Below are positions 20,874-31,366 of a DNA stretch of 62,719 nt, one piece after another. A program made the position numbers and the translations under genes. The notes beneath the pieces are model-generated. The model made no database searches. It saw nothing but the letters and a program-made list of their open reading frames with translations, and was not told the DNA's origin. Origin of the DNA: an uncultured virus (IMG/VR IMGVR_UViG_3300002835_004837) (lineage: Duplodnaviria > Heunggongvirae > Uroviricota > Caudoviricetes); the IMG/VR virus record IMGVR_UViG_3300002835_004837; one strand, 5' to 3'. The first letter of the stretch is position 1. Every line of letters begins with the position of its first letter.

Positions 20874-22954
20874 TATGTCTCTGCAATAACGTCGAATTGA
20901 ATACTCTGTGGATTATCCACATCGATAGCTAGGATTCTATTTCTAGATGGCTTGATAATTTCCTGTGCAGGTACCGCACTGAAAGATACAACATCTGTAT
21001 CATAGAATGAATTGTTGGCAACATCTACTGGTCTAATATAATTTAGCACAACCTGGCCACGGTCATAATAGATCGTTCCTGCGTTGTTATCTACAATTAC
21101 CTGATCACCAGTTGATGTGGTGTAATATGTGCGAACTGTTCCTAGATTAGTCTCTAGAACTGGAACTGCCGCAGCACCTTCACCAAGACCTGTAATCTGC
21201 ACCTGCGCTCTAGTATAGTTGCGACCCTTGTTGGTTACATTGATCTTGATAACCTTTTCATCTACCACAACAGCGGTAGCAGTAGCACCAACACCGTCAC
21301 CGGTGATTGTGACTTTAGGAAGTTCTGTATAGCCGTCACCACCATTAATCATAGTGACAGAATTGATACCAGAGTTAGCACCTGGATCTTCTTCAAAATA
21401 AACATTTCTCTGATTTAGAGCGGTATCGATTACTTTGATCCATGGATATGAATTGAAACGATTGTATGCATCGCTTTTCATTAGAGGCATGTTATAGTTG
21501 ATGATGTATCTTCTCAACTCATCAACGATCATATCAACTCTTTTCTGGACATAAACATCGATATCTGAACCTGTAATGGCAGGATCTGATCCTTCAATAT
21601 ACTGCTGCAACTTAGACTTACGGAAAGTTGACTTAAAGGTATTCAACTCATCGTTATTATACTTAAGAATAGCAGCCCTTACGATTTCTCTAATCTCATT
21701 AGCTGTTTTTGATGTTCTGTTAGGATCGTATGTTACTCTACCAGTCAATACAACGAATACATAATCTGGATCGACAATCTCTGGTGTAACAGTGACAACA
21801 TTCTTATTTCTAACATAGTCACGCTTGATTATTTCTTTGTCCTGATCAGATAGCTTGTAATAGCCTTTGGTCTTAAATGACATAAAGACTTTGCCATATT
21901 GAATAGGAACATTATCTTCACCGCCCCAAACAGAAACGGCGTCGATATTTGGATAATTCTTAACAAGAGTTGATTCATAATCGGTTGTTGTAACAGCACG
22001 ATTTTGTGCAGTATAGAAATTAGGCGCACGAATACGAATTGTTTCGATATCTTCCTTATCCACCGCACCTCTTGATGCCTGTCTAGTGGTAACTCTAACA
22101 TCTTCACGATAATAACCACCAACTGGCTGAACGAACTTAAAGCCACCGATATTATTAGCGGCTGCTCCTGTTGTATCGAGATAGGTGATTTGAACAATGT
22201 TGCCGTTCTTAGGCTTATAACCTAGAACACCATCGCCAAAGTAAACAGTCCAATTAAGATTTTCGTTTTCTTCTACGAAATATACGAATGAGTCTGGTGA
22301 TAGTTCTGTCAAGTCATTTGCTAGTGAATATTCTTCACTGTATGAATTACTTGATGACTCGAATACTAGAACAGTAAGGGTTGATGTATCGACATTAGCA
22401 GAAGGCAATTCAAATCTTCTGTATGGATTAGATGCATCTACCTTAAACTGCTGAGTAATTGCCTCGCCTTGCTTAATAACGACATTAGAAAAGGTGAATG
22501 CGGAGGCAAACTTTGAAACAGTATTTGAGTTAACTGTTACGAAAGGATAATTAATACCATTAACATCTGTGCCTAGAAGTCTAGTATATTTCTCTAGTGT
22601 GATTGTAGGAATAGTTGTTATTTCATTTCTGGTTGGCTTAACATAAACATCGATAACTGCCTGTGAACCACGAGCGGAAGCAGGCACATATCCAATAGCC
22701 TTAGAATGTGATAGAATGTTCTGACGGATCTGTGCAGTATCTAGAAAAGACTCATTGGCAAGCATGTTCATATAGAAAGCATTGTAATAAGTGTTATAGG
22801 CAAGCATGTCTAATAGAACAGCAAGACCAGAACCTTCGAAGTCATAATCTTGAAAGGTATCTTGTGAACGAAGATATTCCTTAAGATTCTCTCTAATCGA
22901 TGTAAAGTCTAATTCTGTGACTCTTAGTGCTGCGTTTGAATTTGCGGATGCCAT
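20873..22954 (-). CDS. gp6: Baseplate wedge subunit gp6
   Basis: LDFTSI...DYDFEGSGL..LLDMLAYNTYY, QNRAVT..DY, VWGGED. Confidence 0.95.
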   Translation of the reverse strand: MASANSNAALRVTELDFTSIRENLKEYLRSQDTFQDYDFEGSGLAVLLDMLAYNTYYNAFYMNMLANESFLDTAQIRQNILSHSKAIGYVPASARGSQAVIDVYVKPTRNEITTIPTITLEKYTRLLGTDVNGINYPFVTVNSNTVSKFASAFTFSNVVIKQGEAITQQFKVDASNPYRRFELPSANVDTSTLTVLVFESSSNSYSEEYSLANDLTELSPDSFVYFVEENENLNWTVYFGDGVLGYKPKNGNIVQITYLDTTGAAANNIGGFKFVQPVGGYYREDVRVTTRQASRGAVDKEDIETIRIRAPNFYTAQNRAVTTTDYESTLVKNYPNIDAVSVWGGEDNVPIQYGKVFMSFKTKGYYKLSDQDKEIIKRDYVRNKNVVTVTPEIVDPDYVFVVLTGRVTYDPNRTSKTANEIREIVRAAILKYNNDELNTFKSTFRKSKLQQYIEGSDPAITGSDIDVYVQKRVDMIVDELRRYIINYNMPLMKSDAYNRFNSYPWIKVIDTALNQRNVYFEEDPGANSGINSVTMINGGDGYTELPKVTITGDGVGATATAVVVDEKVIKINVTNKGRNYTRAQVQITGLGEGAAAVPVLETNLGTVRTYYTTSTGDQVIVDNNAGTIYYDRGQVVLNYIRPVDVANNSFYDTDVVSFSAVPAQEIIKPSRNRILAIDVDNPQSIQFDVIAET

Positions 22955-22959
22955 AGCTA

Positions 22960-23373
22960 TTATCTAATCCTTTCTAGGAATACCGTCGTGACAACTGGCT
23001 CATTTCTATTTAGAATAACAAATTCAATGGTTATATCAAAACCATTTCTGTCTATATCTTCGCTGGCTCTAATATCTTGAACCTCAATTCTAGGCTCAAA
23101 TTCATTTAATACACGGCGTATTTCATCTTGAAGGACGAGTAGAGTTGTCGGTGTGAAGTTCTCAAATAGCAATGCTCTGATATTGGAACCAATACCAGAT
23201 TTAAAAGGTCTCTCATAGTAGTTAGTGAATACTAGATTGCGAACTGATCTAATAACAGCATCCCTACCGTGTTTAAGAATAAGCTGATTCGTCTTTGGAT
23301 GTTTCATGAAATCCAAATCTATATCGCAATAGTCTGGTACTCTTGAAATATACGGTACGCTTTGATCTGCCAT
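22960..23373 (-). CDS. gp25: Baseplate wedge subunit gp25
   Basis: DIDLDF..HP, SVRNLV.T...ERPF, FEPRI; CTAAATA late promoter at 23394-23400. Confidence 0.9.
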   Translation of the reverse strand: MADQSVPYISRVPDYCDIDLDFMKHPKTNQLILKHGRDAVIRSVRNLVFTNYYERPFKSGIGSNIRALLFENFTPTTLLVLQDEIRRVLNEFEPRIEVQDIRASEDIDRNGFDITIEFVILNRNEPVVTTVFLERIR

Positions 23374-23396
23374 TTATAGAACCCTATTTGTTATAT

Positions 23397-24461
23397 TTAG
23401 GCTAGTTTACTGAGCCATTCTTCCGAAGATGCTTCTGCAATTGGTTGATTTGCCATACCAGAATTAATAGAAGGAAGACCAGCAGCAGAAATCATTTCAG
23501 CAAAATTAAAGTCTAGTTGCGTTGCTTGTCCGCCTGCAAGATTAACTGTGCCACCATCAACATGTGTCGTTGTATCACCTTTAACATGAACTGTGGTACC
23601 AGAAACATGTGTAGTGGCGCCTTCAAGCGCAGCAGATGATCCACCTTTGAATTTAGCGGTATTCTGTGCTTCTACCTTAACATTTTCTTGGGCTTCTGTT
23701 TGAATATCCTTATCTGCTTGCGTATGAAGACTGCCGCCAGAAGCGACAAGAGAAACTTTTTGTTCGCCATCGGTTACCTTCATGTCTAGTTTGCCGTCTT
23801 TATTCTCGATATGTGTAGCGCCTTTGTTATTATAGACTGTCAATTGACCGTCTTCGCCAGGCATGTGAAGATTAGTGCCACCTCCACCACCAACATGAAC
23901 TTGGTCACCATGAGAAATAAACGATGCTGCGCCTTTAGCAACATGAGCAATAGCACCATGTGCCATCATACCAGAAGAACCTTCTAGTTTCTTTGTTTCA
24001 TTCTTGGCTTGTGTATCGATATTACCACGAACCATTCTGTTTAGGTTCTTGGCTGTGAAATTATAATCACCCATGACAGTTAGATTATAATTCTTGTGAC
24101 AGGTAACATTGTAGTCACCAAATACTCTAAGCGATGCATCACCTTTCACGGTAATATCTTGTGCGCCCGATACTGTAATACGATCTTCACCAAAGATAAC
24201 TTCATACTTACCATTGTGTGTAGTGAAATGCACAGAACCATCTGGCCGCATTTGAATAGCAGAACCAGAACGATGCTGAATAGTTACCGACTCATGATCT
24301 TTAGAGTCGTCCATGATGATATTATGTCCTGAGCGAGACTTGTAAGACCAATAATTAGGATATTTACCAGCGCCTTCTTCTTCACGGACATCTTTAGGCA
24401 CTTTATATTTCTTGGGCGTAGTCTTGCGCTCTGAGTTAGGATTAAACTTTTTTGTTGCCAT
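23397..24461 (-). CDS. gp5-like central spike, C-terminal beta-helix part
   Basis: KSRSGH.I.MDD...HRSGS motif followed by V.G-type beta-helix repeats; directly upstream of gp25. Confidence 0.75.
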   Translation of the reverse strand: MATKKFNPNSERKTTPKKYKVPKDVREEEGAGKYPNYWSYKSRSGHNIIMDDSKDHESVTIQHRSGSAIQMRPDGSVHFTTHNGKYEVIFGEDRITVSGAQDITVKGDASLRVFGDYNVTCHKNYNLTVMGDYNFTAKNLNRMVRGNIDTQAKNETKKLEGSSGMMAHGAIAHVAKGAASFISHGDQVHVGGGGGTNLHMPGEDGQLTVYNNKGATHIENKDGKLDMKVTDGEQKVSLVASGGSLHTQADKDIQTEAQENVKVEAQNTAKFKGGSSAALEGATTHVSGTTVHVKGDTTTHVDGGTVNLAGGQATQLDFNFAEMISAAGLPSINSGMANQPIAEASSEEWLSKLA

Positions 24462-25882
24462 TACATCATGCCCTTGAATAGTGATGGATCAAGTGGGTTA
24501 CCACCGTTAATAGTCTTCTTAACAATCTCAAATAGTTTATTCGAGTCTTGGTCGGTGTTTAGTTTCTCGTGCATATCTTTGGCGTTTTGTTCGCCTTGTG
24601 GAGCTAGACGCTTCATCATTTCCATAATCTGTCCTGATGACTGACCGAACATATTGCCAGAACCACCGCCACCTCCTCCAGAACCACTACCAGAACCACC
24701 ATATGGCATAGAACCGATACCCGGACTGGTATTATTACTTGTGATTGTATTGGCAAATGTATTAATGTTATTCAGAGTGTTTGCATCATATAGAATAGAA
24801 ATCTCGCCTTCGAAATCAATTACCTGTTTCGCTGCGCCCCAGGCAGTATCAATGGCTATTTCATAGTTTCTAAGATTTTCTCTACCAAATAGAGTAGTAT
24901 CATACTGCAAACGGTTTAGCGTTGTCATCATGTCATCTAATGTCTCACACTGTAGCAATAGACTTTCTGCCTGTTGTAAGTATGTGTTTGGATCGACTAC
25001 TTTATTGACAAAGTATGCAGAACCACTATCACCAATATCATAGCCCTGACATAGAATACTAAGATTTTGTAGAGCAGCGGCTAGTTCTGGTCTATTCTGT
25101 CTTTCATATTGCTGTGTGATATATTCAATTCTATTATTGCCAGTATTAGTTGCTGGTGGAACATTACCGTAACCACCACCGCCTTGTCCTGAACCACCAC
25201 GATTACCCATGAGACCTTGAAACATCTGACTCATTGACATGACTTGGCCCATTAGACCTTGCAGCATATCAGTTGTCATCATGCTATCGTTTGTCTGTTT
25301 AGCAGTAGGTACGCTACTAATCTCTGGCAATTTAAATCCAGCCATATCAAACAAAGCACCGTGAATAGGCAGTCCTTCTAATAGTTCAAAGCGGTGTTCT
25401 TCGTTCTTTTCTTTAATCTCTCTGATCTTTGTTCCGTCTTCTGCCTGTCCTTCTTTGACTTCTGGTGGAACTTTGATGCCCAACTTTCTTTGTTTCAGTT
25501 TACCAAATGTAGAGTTTTGGCCCATAAGACTGCCACCACCAGAACCAGTAGAAGGATTCTGTAGAGCATTAAGCTGCCCTAATACGATACCAGAAGCCGC
25601 ACCTTGTGTCTTTAATACGAGAACAGGTGTGCCAGGGTCCATAACACCAGGAAACGATTGTTGTCCGAACTGTGTAGGTGTCATGCTTAGTGGTGAGAAG
25701 TTTAGATGACCTAAATCAACCTGACCACTGTGATCCATAGGCGAATATAGTTTAGATGTGCATGATTGATCTGTAGGAAAATCACCATCTTCGGTGCCTT
25801 TCTTTTCAGGATCACCACCCGAACCAACTACACATACTTGAAATTGTCCTAGAGGACCAGGAAAATTATTTGGATCAGCCAT
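24461..25882 (-). CDS. Baseplate hub protein with putative gp5 N-terminal OB-fold
   Basis: Likely start MADPNN at 25882 (TAATG overlap); PGTPVLV...GIVLGQL resembles the gp5/VgrG OB-fold. Confidence 0.5.
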   Translation of the reverse strand: MADPNNFPGPLGQFQVCVVGSGGDPEKKGTEDGDFPTDQSCTSKLYSPMDHSGQVDLGHLNFSPLSMTPTQFGQQSFPGVMDPGTPVLVLKTQGAASGIVLGQLNALQNPSTGSGGGSLMGQNSTFGKLKQRKLGIKVPPEVKEGQAEDGTKIREIKEKNEEHRFELLEGLPIHGALFDMAGFKLPEISSVPTAKQTNDSMMTTDMLQGLMGQVMSMSQMFQGLMGNRGGSGQGGGGYGNVPPATNTGNNRIEYITQQYERQNRPELAAALQNLSILCQGYDIGDSGSAYFVNKVVDPNTYLQQAESLLLQCETLDDMMTTLNRLQYDTTLFGRENLRNYEIAIDTAWGAAKQVIDFEGEISILYDANTLNNINTFANTITSNNTSPGIGSMPYGGSGSGSGGGGGGSGNMFGQSSGQIMEMMKRLAPQGEQNAKDMHEKLNTDQDSNKLFEIVKKTINGGNPLDPSLFKGMM

Positions 25883-27144
25883 TAATTCATTACCCCTTGC
25901 AATACATCTTTTGATACACAATCCATAGTGGTTGTTGAATAACCACCGAGTTGAACCTTATGCATTAATTCTGTGACTAGATACTGACCTGAGCCATATA
26001 CTAGACCACCATCTTGCTTGTTCTCCCATTTAAGTTCGATCACTTGACCGACATGCATGTATGGGTTCCATGCTGTGACCATTCTTAGAGCCACTTTGTC
26101 TCTATCTAGTAGAGCCATTCTTGCTTGACGCTTCAATAGATATCTCTCAACATCTGTTTCGCATCCATAATCTTGGTGTGAATTGCCTTTATTGGTCCAT
26201 GATTGTTTCATATTGCCGCCCTCGAAGCAGCCATTTAGACCACCAGCAATACCTTGAACAGCACCGCCTCCACCTTGACCAAGAAAATTCATACCCATAT
26301 TAACTAGATTGAGAAATGTTCCTGTATTGATATTCTGACCAGACTTATTAACACCATTCAATAGATCAGTGAGATAATCAAAGTCACAAGGAAAGGTAAT
26401 CATAATAGGATATGGATTAGCAGGTGTGGTTGACGATGTTGAATCGGTTTCACCACCCTCAGAATAATAATAGGTCATCGATGAACCTTGATTGATTAGT
26501 TCTTTGAGTGATTTAAAGTTATGCTTGGTCTGACCGCCGTTTTCATATGTCATAAAGTGAACGAACGATGGATCATCACCGTCTAATGCCATATTTGCTT
26601 GCTGTGCAATGACACGGAATGGATGAATATTTTCTGCAATATAATCTCTCTGCGGCTCACACTGGCTAATTTCTCTAGAGCCTTGGTGTTTAACGCAATC
26701 GAGAGCCGCATTGACAATCTCATTAGGAGTTACACATTTCCATGACTTACTCATCAGATGTTTTGCGTCTTCTAGCAATGATTCGTCACAGGCATGAATA
26801 GTAAATTCTTCGACGGCAGAAGGACTCTGGCTAATCAAACGACGATTATCTAGGCGATATACGGTATTATTAACCGTCATATTCAATCCAGATGCACCAA
26901 AAGATTGTGTCAATGAACTAGACAAGGTAAGATTTAATTTCTCACCCTTCATGGTGTCTAGACTTTGCACAGGTGTATAGAGATATCGGTTGAATGTTAT
27001 GGCAGTTTGCACACTAGGATTTAAAATACTCTCGCCCAGAATGACTTCCTTTACAGTGGTGTCATCCATCTTGAAAGAGCCAATACTACCTTTTATCGAT
27101 ACACGAAACTGATCTTTGTATTGCGAATTTTTTGAAAATGCCAT
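25882..27144 (-). CDS. Baseplate hub protein (gp27-like)
   Basis: Position between gp53 and the gp5 genes; F.SLKEL, G.VIEL, SGQYLVTELMHK motifs. Confidence 0.6.
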   Translation of the reverse strand: MAFSKNSQYKDQFRVSIKGSIGSFKMDDTTVKEVILGESILNPSVQTAITFNRYLYTPVQSLDTMKGEKLNLTLSSSLTQSFGASGLNMTVNNTVYRLDNRRLISQSPSAVEEFTIHACDESLLEDAKHLMSKSWKCVTPNEIVNAALDCVKHQGSREISQCEPQRDYIAENIHPFRVIAQQANMALDGDDPSFVHFMTYENGGQTKHNFKSLKELINQGSSMTYYYSEGGETDSTSSTTPANPYPIMITFPCDFDYLTDLLNGVNKSGQNINTGTFLNLVNMGMNFLGQGGGGAVQGIAGGLNGCFEGGNMKQSWTNKGNSHQDYGCETDVERYLLKRQARMALLDRDKVALRMVTAWNPYMHVGQVIELKWENKQDGGLVYGSGQYLVTELMHKVQLGGYSTTTMDCVSKDVLQGVMN

Positions 27145-27983
27145 TAGATTAGCCTTCTAACAAAATCTTCCTTGTGACCAGTTAGAGTATTAAACTCCAA
27201 CATGATCTGAGAATAATACATAGGCTTAATAATTTTGATTTGCTTTTTCTTATCGTTCAATTCGTTTTCATAGTCATAGTTGGTGATAACATCGGCACGA
27301 GTATCAATAACAATAGTATCACCGTCAATGACCTCATACTCTCTAACGCCAGTAACCGATAGACCACCTTCTGTTCTTACGGAATCACGGTCGGCTGTAA
27401 ACTTTCTACTAATAGTATCAATGCGAGTAAGAGTGGTATCATCGGTCAGACTTGTTAGGTCTTGATCTGGTCCGTCTGGATAAGGAACTAGTGCCTGATC
27501 CCAGACATAATAATCAAATGGCTTACCAGCAGGATAATCTGTAAAGCGACGAGGTGAAATGATATATCTCGATTCAGTAACAGTATCCCATGTTAGATTA
27601 TGTCTAGTGACAACCTTTTCGACATGATGGACAGTCTGAACGGCTGCTTGGGAAGATCCATACTTGGCTTCAATATATGAATTGAATGCAGTATAGCCTA
27701 GAGGCCAATCGAATTGTGGATCGAAAATCTGATTGGTATATAATATGATCCAACCAGCCCCAGTATCACCATAGACCTTCTCCGCTATAATCTCTGGTGT
27801 TTCATTATCTTCAACAGTGTAAGTATAATATGTAGATAGGTTATTGATAACCTTCTTAAGAATGCCTATACGAAAGAAAATGTTGGTTACATTCTCAGTC
27901 TGTTCATATATTCTGTTCTTATTGATATCATACTTAATCGTAGGAAATACATCAAAGAACTTTGATTGTCTATTAGATGCCAT
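27144..27983 (-). CDS. gp53: Baseplate wedge protein gp53
   Basis: FF..FP.IKY, ETPEIIAEKVYGD...WIIL..N.I.DP.FDWP, TNYDYE..LND.K. Confidence 0.9.
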   Translation of the reverse strand: MASNRQSKFFDVFPTIKYDINKNRIYEQTENVTNIFFRIGILKKVINNLSTYYTYTVEDNETPEIIAEKVYGDTGAGWIILYTNQIFDPQFDWPLGYTAFNSYIEAKYGSSQAAVQTVHHVEKVVTRHNLTWDTVTESRYIISPRRFTDYPAGKPFDYYVWDQALVPYPDGPDQDLTSLTDDTTLTRIDTISRKFTADRDSVRTEGGLSVTGVREYEVIDGDTIVIDTRADVITNYDYENELNDKKKQIKIIKPMYYSQIMLEFNTLTGHKEDFVRRLI

Positions 27984-27988
27984 TTAGA

Positions 27989-28501
27989 TTACCTTTTAAA
28001 TACCCAATCTTCTACTGGTAGCTGTATTGCTTTTTCGTATTCATAAGAATATATTTCAACAAATCTCGACTTACAATGACTAAACATATACCTATGAATA
28101 CAAGGTTTAGATAACGACTCAATACCATATGTTGATTGCAGCAAATCATAATTAATAACAAATCTGGTCGACTCATCATAACGATCATTATTTCTAAATC
28201 TAGACAAACTGGCTAGCAATGCAGTTCTCTCACCGACACTAAGATAATGTAGATTCAATCCTATGAAGCCGTTAGGAACCATCTTAAATGGTATGCACAT
28301 AGGAAACTTATCATACTTGGGCAGATATGCTTTGCCCTTAGGATCATACTTAAAGAAATACATACGACCTATAATCGTGGAACTTCTGCTGCGTTCATCA
28401 GATGTGATTAGATTTCTTCTGGCAACATAAGGTTGTGCGCTTAGTGCCTTTTCTTCTAACCAATCAGATAGTTCGTCCGATGTATATTGTTTTGTTGCCA
28501 T
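27989..28501 (-). CDS. gp2: DNA end protector gp2
   Basis: GRMYFFKYDPK...LP.YDKFP, GLNLHYL, PCIHRY; ATAAATA at 28508-28514. Confidence 0.9.
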   Translation of the reverse strand: MATKQYTSDELSDWLEEKALSAQPYVARRNLITSDERSRSSTIIGRMYFFKYDPKGKAYLPKYDKFPMCIPFKMVPNGFIGLNLHYLSVGERTALLASLSRFRNNDRYDESTRFVINYDLLQSTYGIESLSKPCIHRYMFSHCKSRFVEIYSYEYEKAIQLPVEDWVFKR

Positions 28502-28515
28502 AAAGGTTATTTATC

Positions 28516-28965
28516 TTACTTTTTGCCAAACAGTTCCGTTTCTGTTATAATCTGAAATTCCCAACCTTTAAACTCACAATACTCTCTAGCCGCTTTCCAC
28601 TTGGCTTGATTAACGCCATAGGTCATAACCTCAGAGATAAATCTTTTAGTGCGTCTCTTAGGCACCTTAGGCTCTAATGTTTGTGCCTTGGGTTTAACCT
28701 CTAATAGCATAGTCTTTATCGATCCATCAGGCAACATAGCTTCCACATAGAAATCGACAAAGTATCTGTGTAGTCTACCGTCAACTGGTGATCTATATGG
28801 TATTACTATTTCTTCCGAAGACCATGCTACGATACTAGAGTTCTCATCTAGATTTTTCATTACTTGCTTCTCCCAACCAGAACGATATACGATATTGGTT
28901 GGGTCACCTCTATACTTTTTGGGAAACATTGGTTTGAAGAAGCCTTGTTTGTATTCTCTTGCCAT
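28516..28965 (-). CDS. gp4: Head completion nuclease gp4
   Basis: KYRGDP..I.YRSGWE, WSSEE..IPY, HRYFVDF, EVKP, NQAKW. Confidence 0.92.
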   Translation of the reverse strand: MAREYKQGFFKPMFPKKYRGDPTNIVYRSGWEKQVMKNLDENSSIVAWSSEEIVIPYRSPVDGRLHRYFVDFYVEAMLPDGSIKTMLLEVKPKAQTLEPKVPKRRTKRFISEVMTYGVNQAKWKAAREYCEFKGWEFQIITETELFGKK

Positions 28966-28977
28966 CTATATACCTCA

Positions 28978-28984
28978 CTAAATA
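28978..28984 (+). promoter_or_regulatory. Late promoter variant CTAAATA for the gp48-gp54-gp26-gp51 operon
   Basis: ctaaata about 26 nt before the ATG, with SD GGAG. Confidence 0.6.
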
Positions 28985-29010
28985 ATATGTAGTTTACTAG
29001 GAGACAATAA

Positions 29011-29727
29011 ATGGCCATATATGAGTTTCCGTCACATCTTTATGATGATAGAAACGGGCATTACATGCGTATTACTGCTACGCCTGGCGCTATATCAGGA
29101 TCAACATTTAATCCGGCGCAAGCTGATACATTTGTATTGCCTATGCCTATGGGAAAAGATAGTTACTCATATAAGCAGAGACATACTTATGGCGATGTTA
29201 AGTTGTCACGAGTTGCACTAGGTATGATGGGTATGAGCGGCTATGCAGACGCTATTGAAACAACCGCATCATTGCTAGGCGCACCTCTAAACCCTGCAAT
29301 TGAAGTTATTTACGAAAGCACAAACCTCAGAGAGTTCACATTCGCTTTTCTATTTGCACCAGAAACAGAACAAGAATCAATTGCAGTAGAAAATATCTGT
29401 AGAAGAATGAGATTCCATGCTGCACCTGAAATTCTAGGTGGCGGTACTACTGGTGCTAGACAGGGTTGGTTCGCTGCATCACCATCAAAATTTAAAATTG
29501 ACTATAATGTATTGGTCAATGGTAGATGGGAAAGAAATGATACATCTGGCACACCCAAACTACCAAAGATATACGAAGGTTACATTGATGCTATTGGTGT
29601 CAACTATGCTCCCGCTGAAGGACTGTATAGCACATTCTCGAACGGTTACCCCGTTGCAGTAGAAATGGCTATCAGTTTCAAAGAAACAAGAATTATCGAC
29701 AAGAGAATGATCAACGATGGCTATTAA
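29011..29727 (+). CDS. gp48: Baseplate tail-tube cap gp48
   Basis: LPMP, NP..EV.Y....LREFTF.F.F.P....E, P.AVEM.ISFKE. Confidence 0.8.
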   Translation: MAIYEFPSHLYDDRNGHYMRITATPGAISGSTFNPAQADTFVLPMPMGKDSYSYKQRHTYGDVKLSRVALGMMGMSGYADAIETTASLLGAPLNPAIEVIYESTNLREFTFAFLFAPETEQESIAVENICRRMRFHAAPEILGGGTTGARQGWFAASPSKFKIDYNVLVNGRWERNDTSGTPKLPKIYEGYIDAIGVNYAPAEGLYSTFSNGYPVAVEMAISFKETRIIDKRMINDGY

Positions 29728-30382
29728 TTTTCCCAATAAACCTACCAGACTAGGACTAGATTACTTCCAGTCTTCATTGAATGATATGGGTGGTATTTCA
29801 AAACTCGCTCGCTTTGCGGTTCAGATTAAGCCTATCGGGTCAAACAGATTGACTAGTCGTCCGTATTATAGCCAGTTAAACAATCTTCTCTATGCATGTT
29901 ACGCCACAGAATTTCCTGGCAGAGGCTTTGATCTATTATCAACCAGATATTACGGTGCACCTCAGACATTTCCTATCAACTCTAAGTATGGCACAGCGGC
30001 ATTCTCTTTTATCTGCCGCAACAACAGCCTAGAAAGACAGGTGTTTGACGATTGGCAGAGTATCATCAATCCAACGACGACCTTTAATTTTGAGTATCCT
30101 AATAGCTATTACAGTGATATTGTCATGTATCATTATTCAGAAATTGGCGAACCTAATAGACCACAAAATTCATCTGAATTACAATTGAACTATGCATGGA
30201 CACTCAGAAAAGCCTGGCCGTCTCTTGTAAAGCCTCAGCCAGTGACATGGATGGATACCGACTTTCTATTCTTAGAAGTAGAGTTCACATATCGTTATTG
30301 GGATTACGGTGATGTTGCAGCAATCACAGGTGAATATGCCGGAGAGACAAACGCACCAGAACCTAGACCACCGAATGTTTAA
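29717..30382 (+). CDS. gp54: Tail tube initiator gp54 (tail-tube fold)
   Basis: FPGR, ER..FDDWQ, L.KAWP, VEFTYRYW; follows gp48. Confidence 0.7.
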   Translation: MAINFPNKPTRLGLDYFQSSLNDMGGISKLARFAVQIKPIGSNRLTSRPYYSQLNNLLYACYATEFPGRGFDLLSTRYYGAPQTFPINSKYGTAAFSFICRNNSLERQVFDDWQSIINPTTTFNFEYPNSYYSDIVMYHYSEIGEPNRPQNSSELQLNYAWTLRKAWPSLVKPQPVTWMDTDFLFLEVEFTYRYWDYGDVAAITGEYAGETNAPEPRPPNV

Positions 30383-30398
30383 TTAATGGAGATTTATT

Positions 30399-31121
30399 AT
30401 GGAGTTACCTAAGATTGATTTGCCAACATATGATGTGAAAATACCATCAACTGGTAAAGAGATTAAAGTCAGGCCATTCACTGTAAAAGAAGAAAAGCTT
30501 TTGCTGATGGCTGTAGAGTCAAAGAACCCAAACGAGATTATTCAAACAGTCAAACAGATTATCAATAACTGTATCGTGTCTGGCAAGTTTGATGTTAACA
30601 AAGCACCTTTCTATGATGTAGACTTTTTGTTTATCTATCTTAGAGCAAAGTCTATGGGTGATAGCGTAGATATCAATCTGACATGTAAGAATGTGGTTGA
30701 TGGTGTTGAATGTGGGAATGTGTTTCCTGCAAAACTCAACATTGCCAATGCTGTTATAGAGAAGGATGATAGTATCAGTAATAAGATAGAACTGACAAAT
30801 ACTACCGGTGTTAAGATGACCTATCCAACATACGATGTTATGAAAAGAATGGAATCTAATAACTCGGTAGATGTTAAGTCAAGCATCATCGCCGCTAGTA
30901 TCGAAAGCATATACGATGAAAAGGGTGTGTATAAGTCTTCCGATTACAAGTTCGAACAGCTAAAAGAATTTGTTGAAGGACTAACAGAAGAAAAGTTTAG
31001 AGTCTTGGAAAAGTATGTTGATAACTTTCCATCGTTTGCTGTAGAACTTAAAGAGAAATGCACCAAATGTGGCTTTGAGCATAATGTGAGGTACAAAGAC
31101 TTCTATGATTTTTTTTTCTAA
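30399..31121 (+). CDS. gp26: Baseplate hub assembly protein gp26
   Basis: LPKID.PTY...PSTGK..K.RPF.VKEEK.LL, LRAKS.G, two Cys pairs, DFFF end. Confidence 0.92.
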   Translation: MELPKIDLPTYDVKIPSTGKEIKVRPFTVKEEKLLLMAVESKNPNEIIQTVKQIINNCIVSGKFDVNKAPFYDVDFLFIYLRAKSMGDSVDINLTCKNVVDGVECGNVFPAKLNIANAVIEKDDSISNKIELTNTTGVKMTYPTYDVMKRMESNNSVDVKSSIIAASIESIYDEKGVYKSSDYKFEQLKEFVEGLTEEKFRVLEKYVDNFPSFAVELKEKCTKCGFEHNVRYKDFYDFFF

Positions 31122-31123
31122 TT

Positions 31124-31363
31124 ATGGGGCAAGACAGTCTTTCTACTTTGTTTAGAACCAACTTTGCTCTAATGCAGCATCATAAGTGGGGATTGAATGA
31201 AATAGAAAGTATGATGCCATGGGAAAGATATGTTTATATCGATCTATTGGAACAGCACATTAAAGAAGAAGACGCCAAACAAAGAGATTATGAAGCACAG
31301 GCGAGAACAAATCAGAATGTCAGCAGGGTCAATATGCAACCTGCAAAGAACAGGGTAAGGTAA
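31124..31363 (+). CDS. gp51: Baseplate hub assembly chaperone gp51
   Basis: TNFALMQHHKW...EIE.MMPWER.VY..LL. Confidence 0.88.
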   Translation: MGQDSLSTLFRTNFALMQHHKWGLNEIESMMPWERYVYIDLLEQHIKEEDAKQRDYEAQARTNQNVSRVNMQPAKNRVR

Positions 31364-31366
31364 TAA

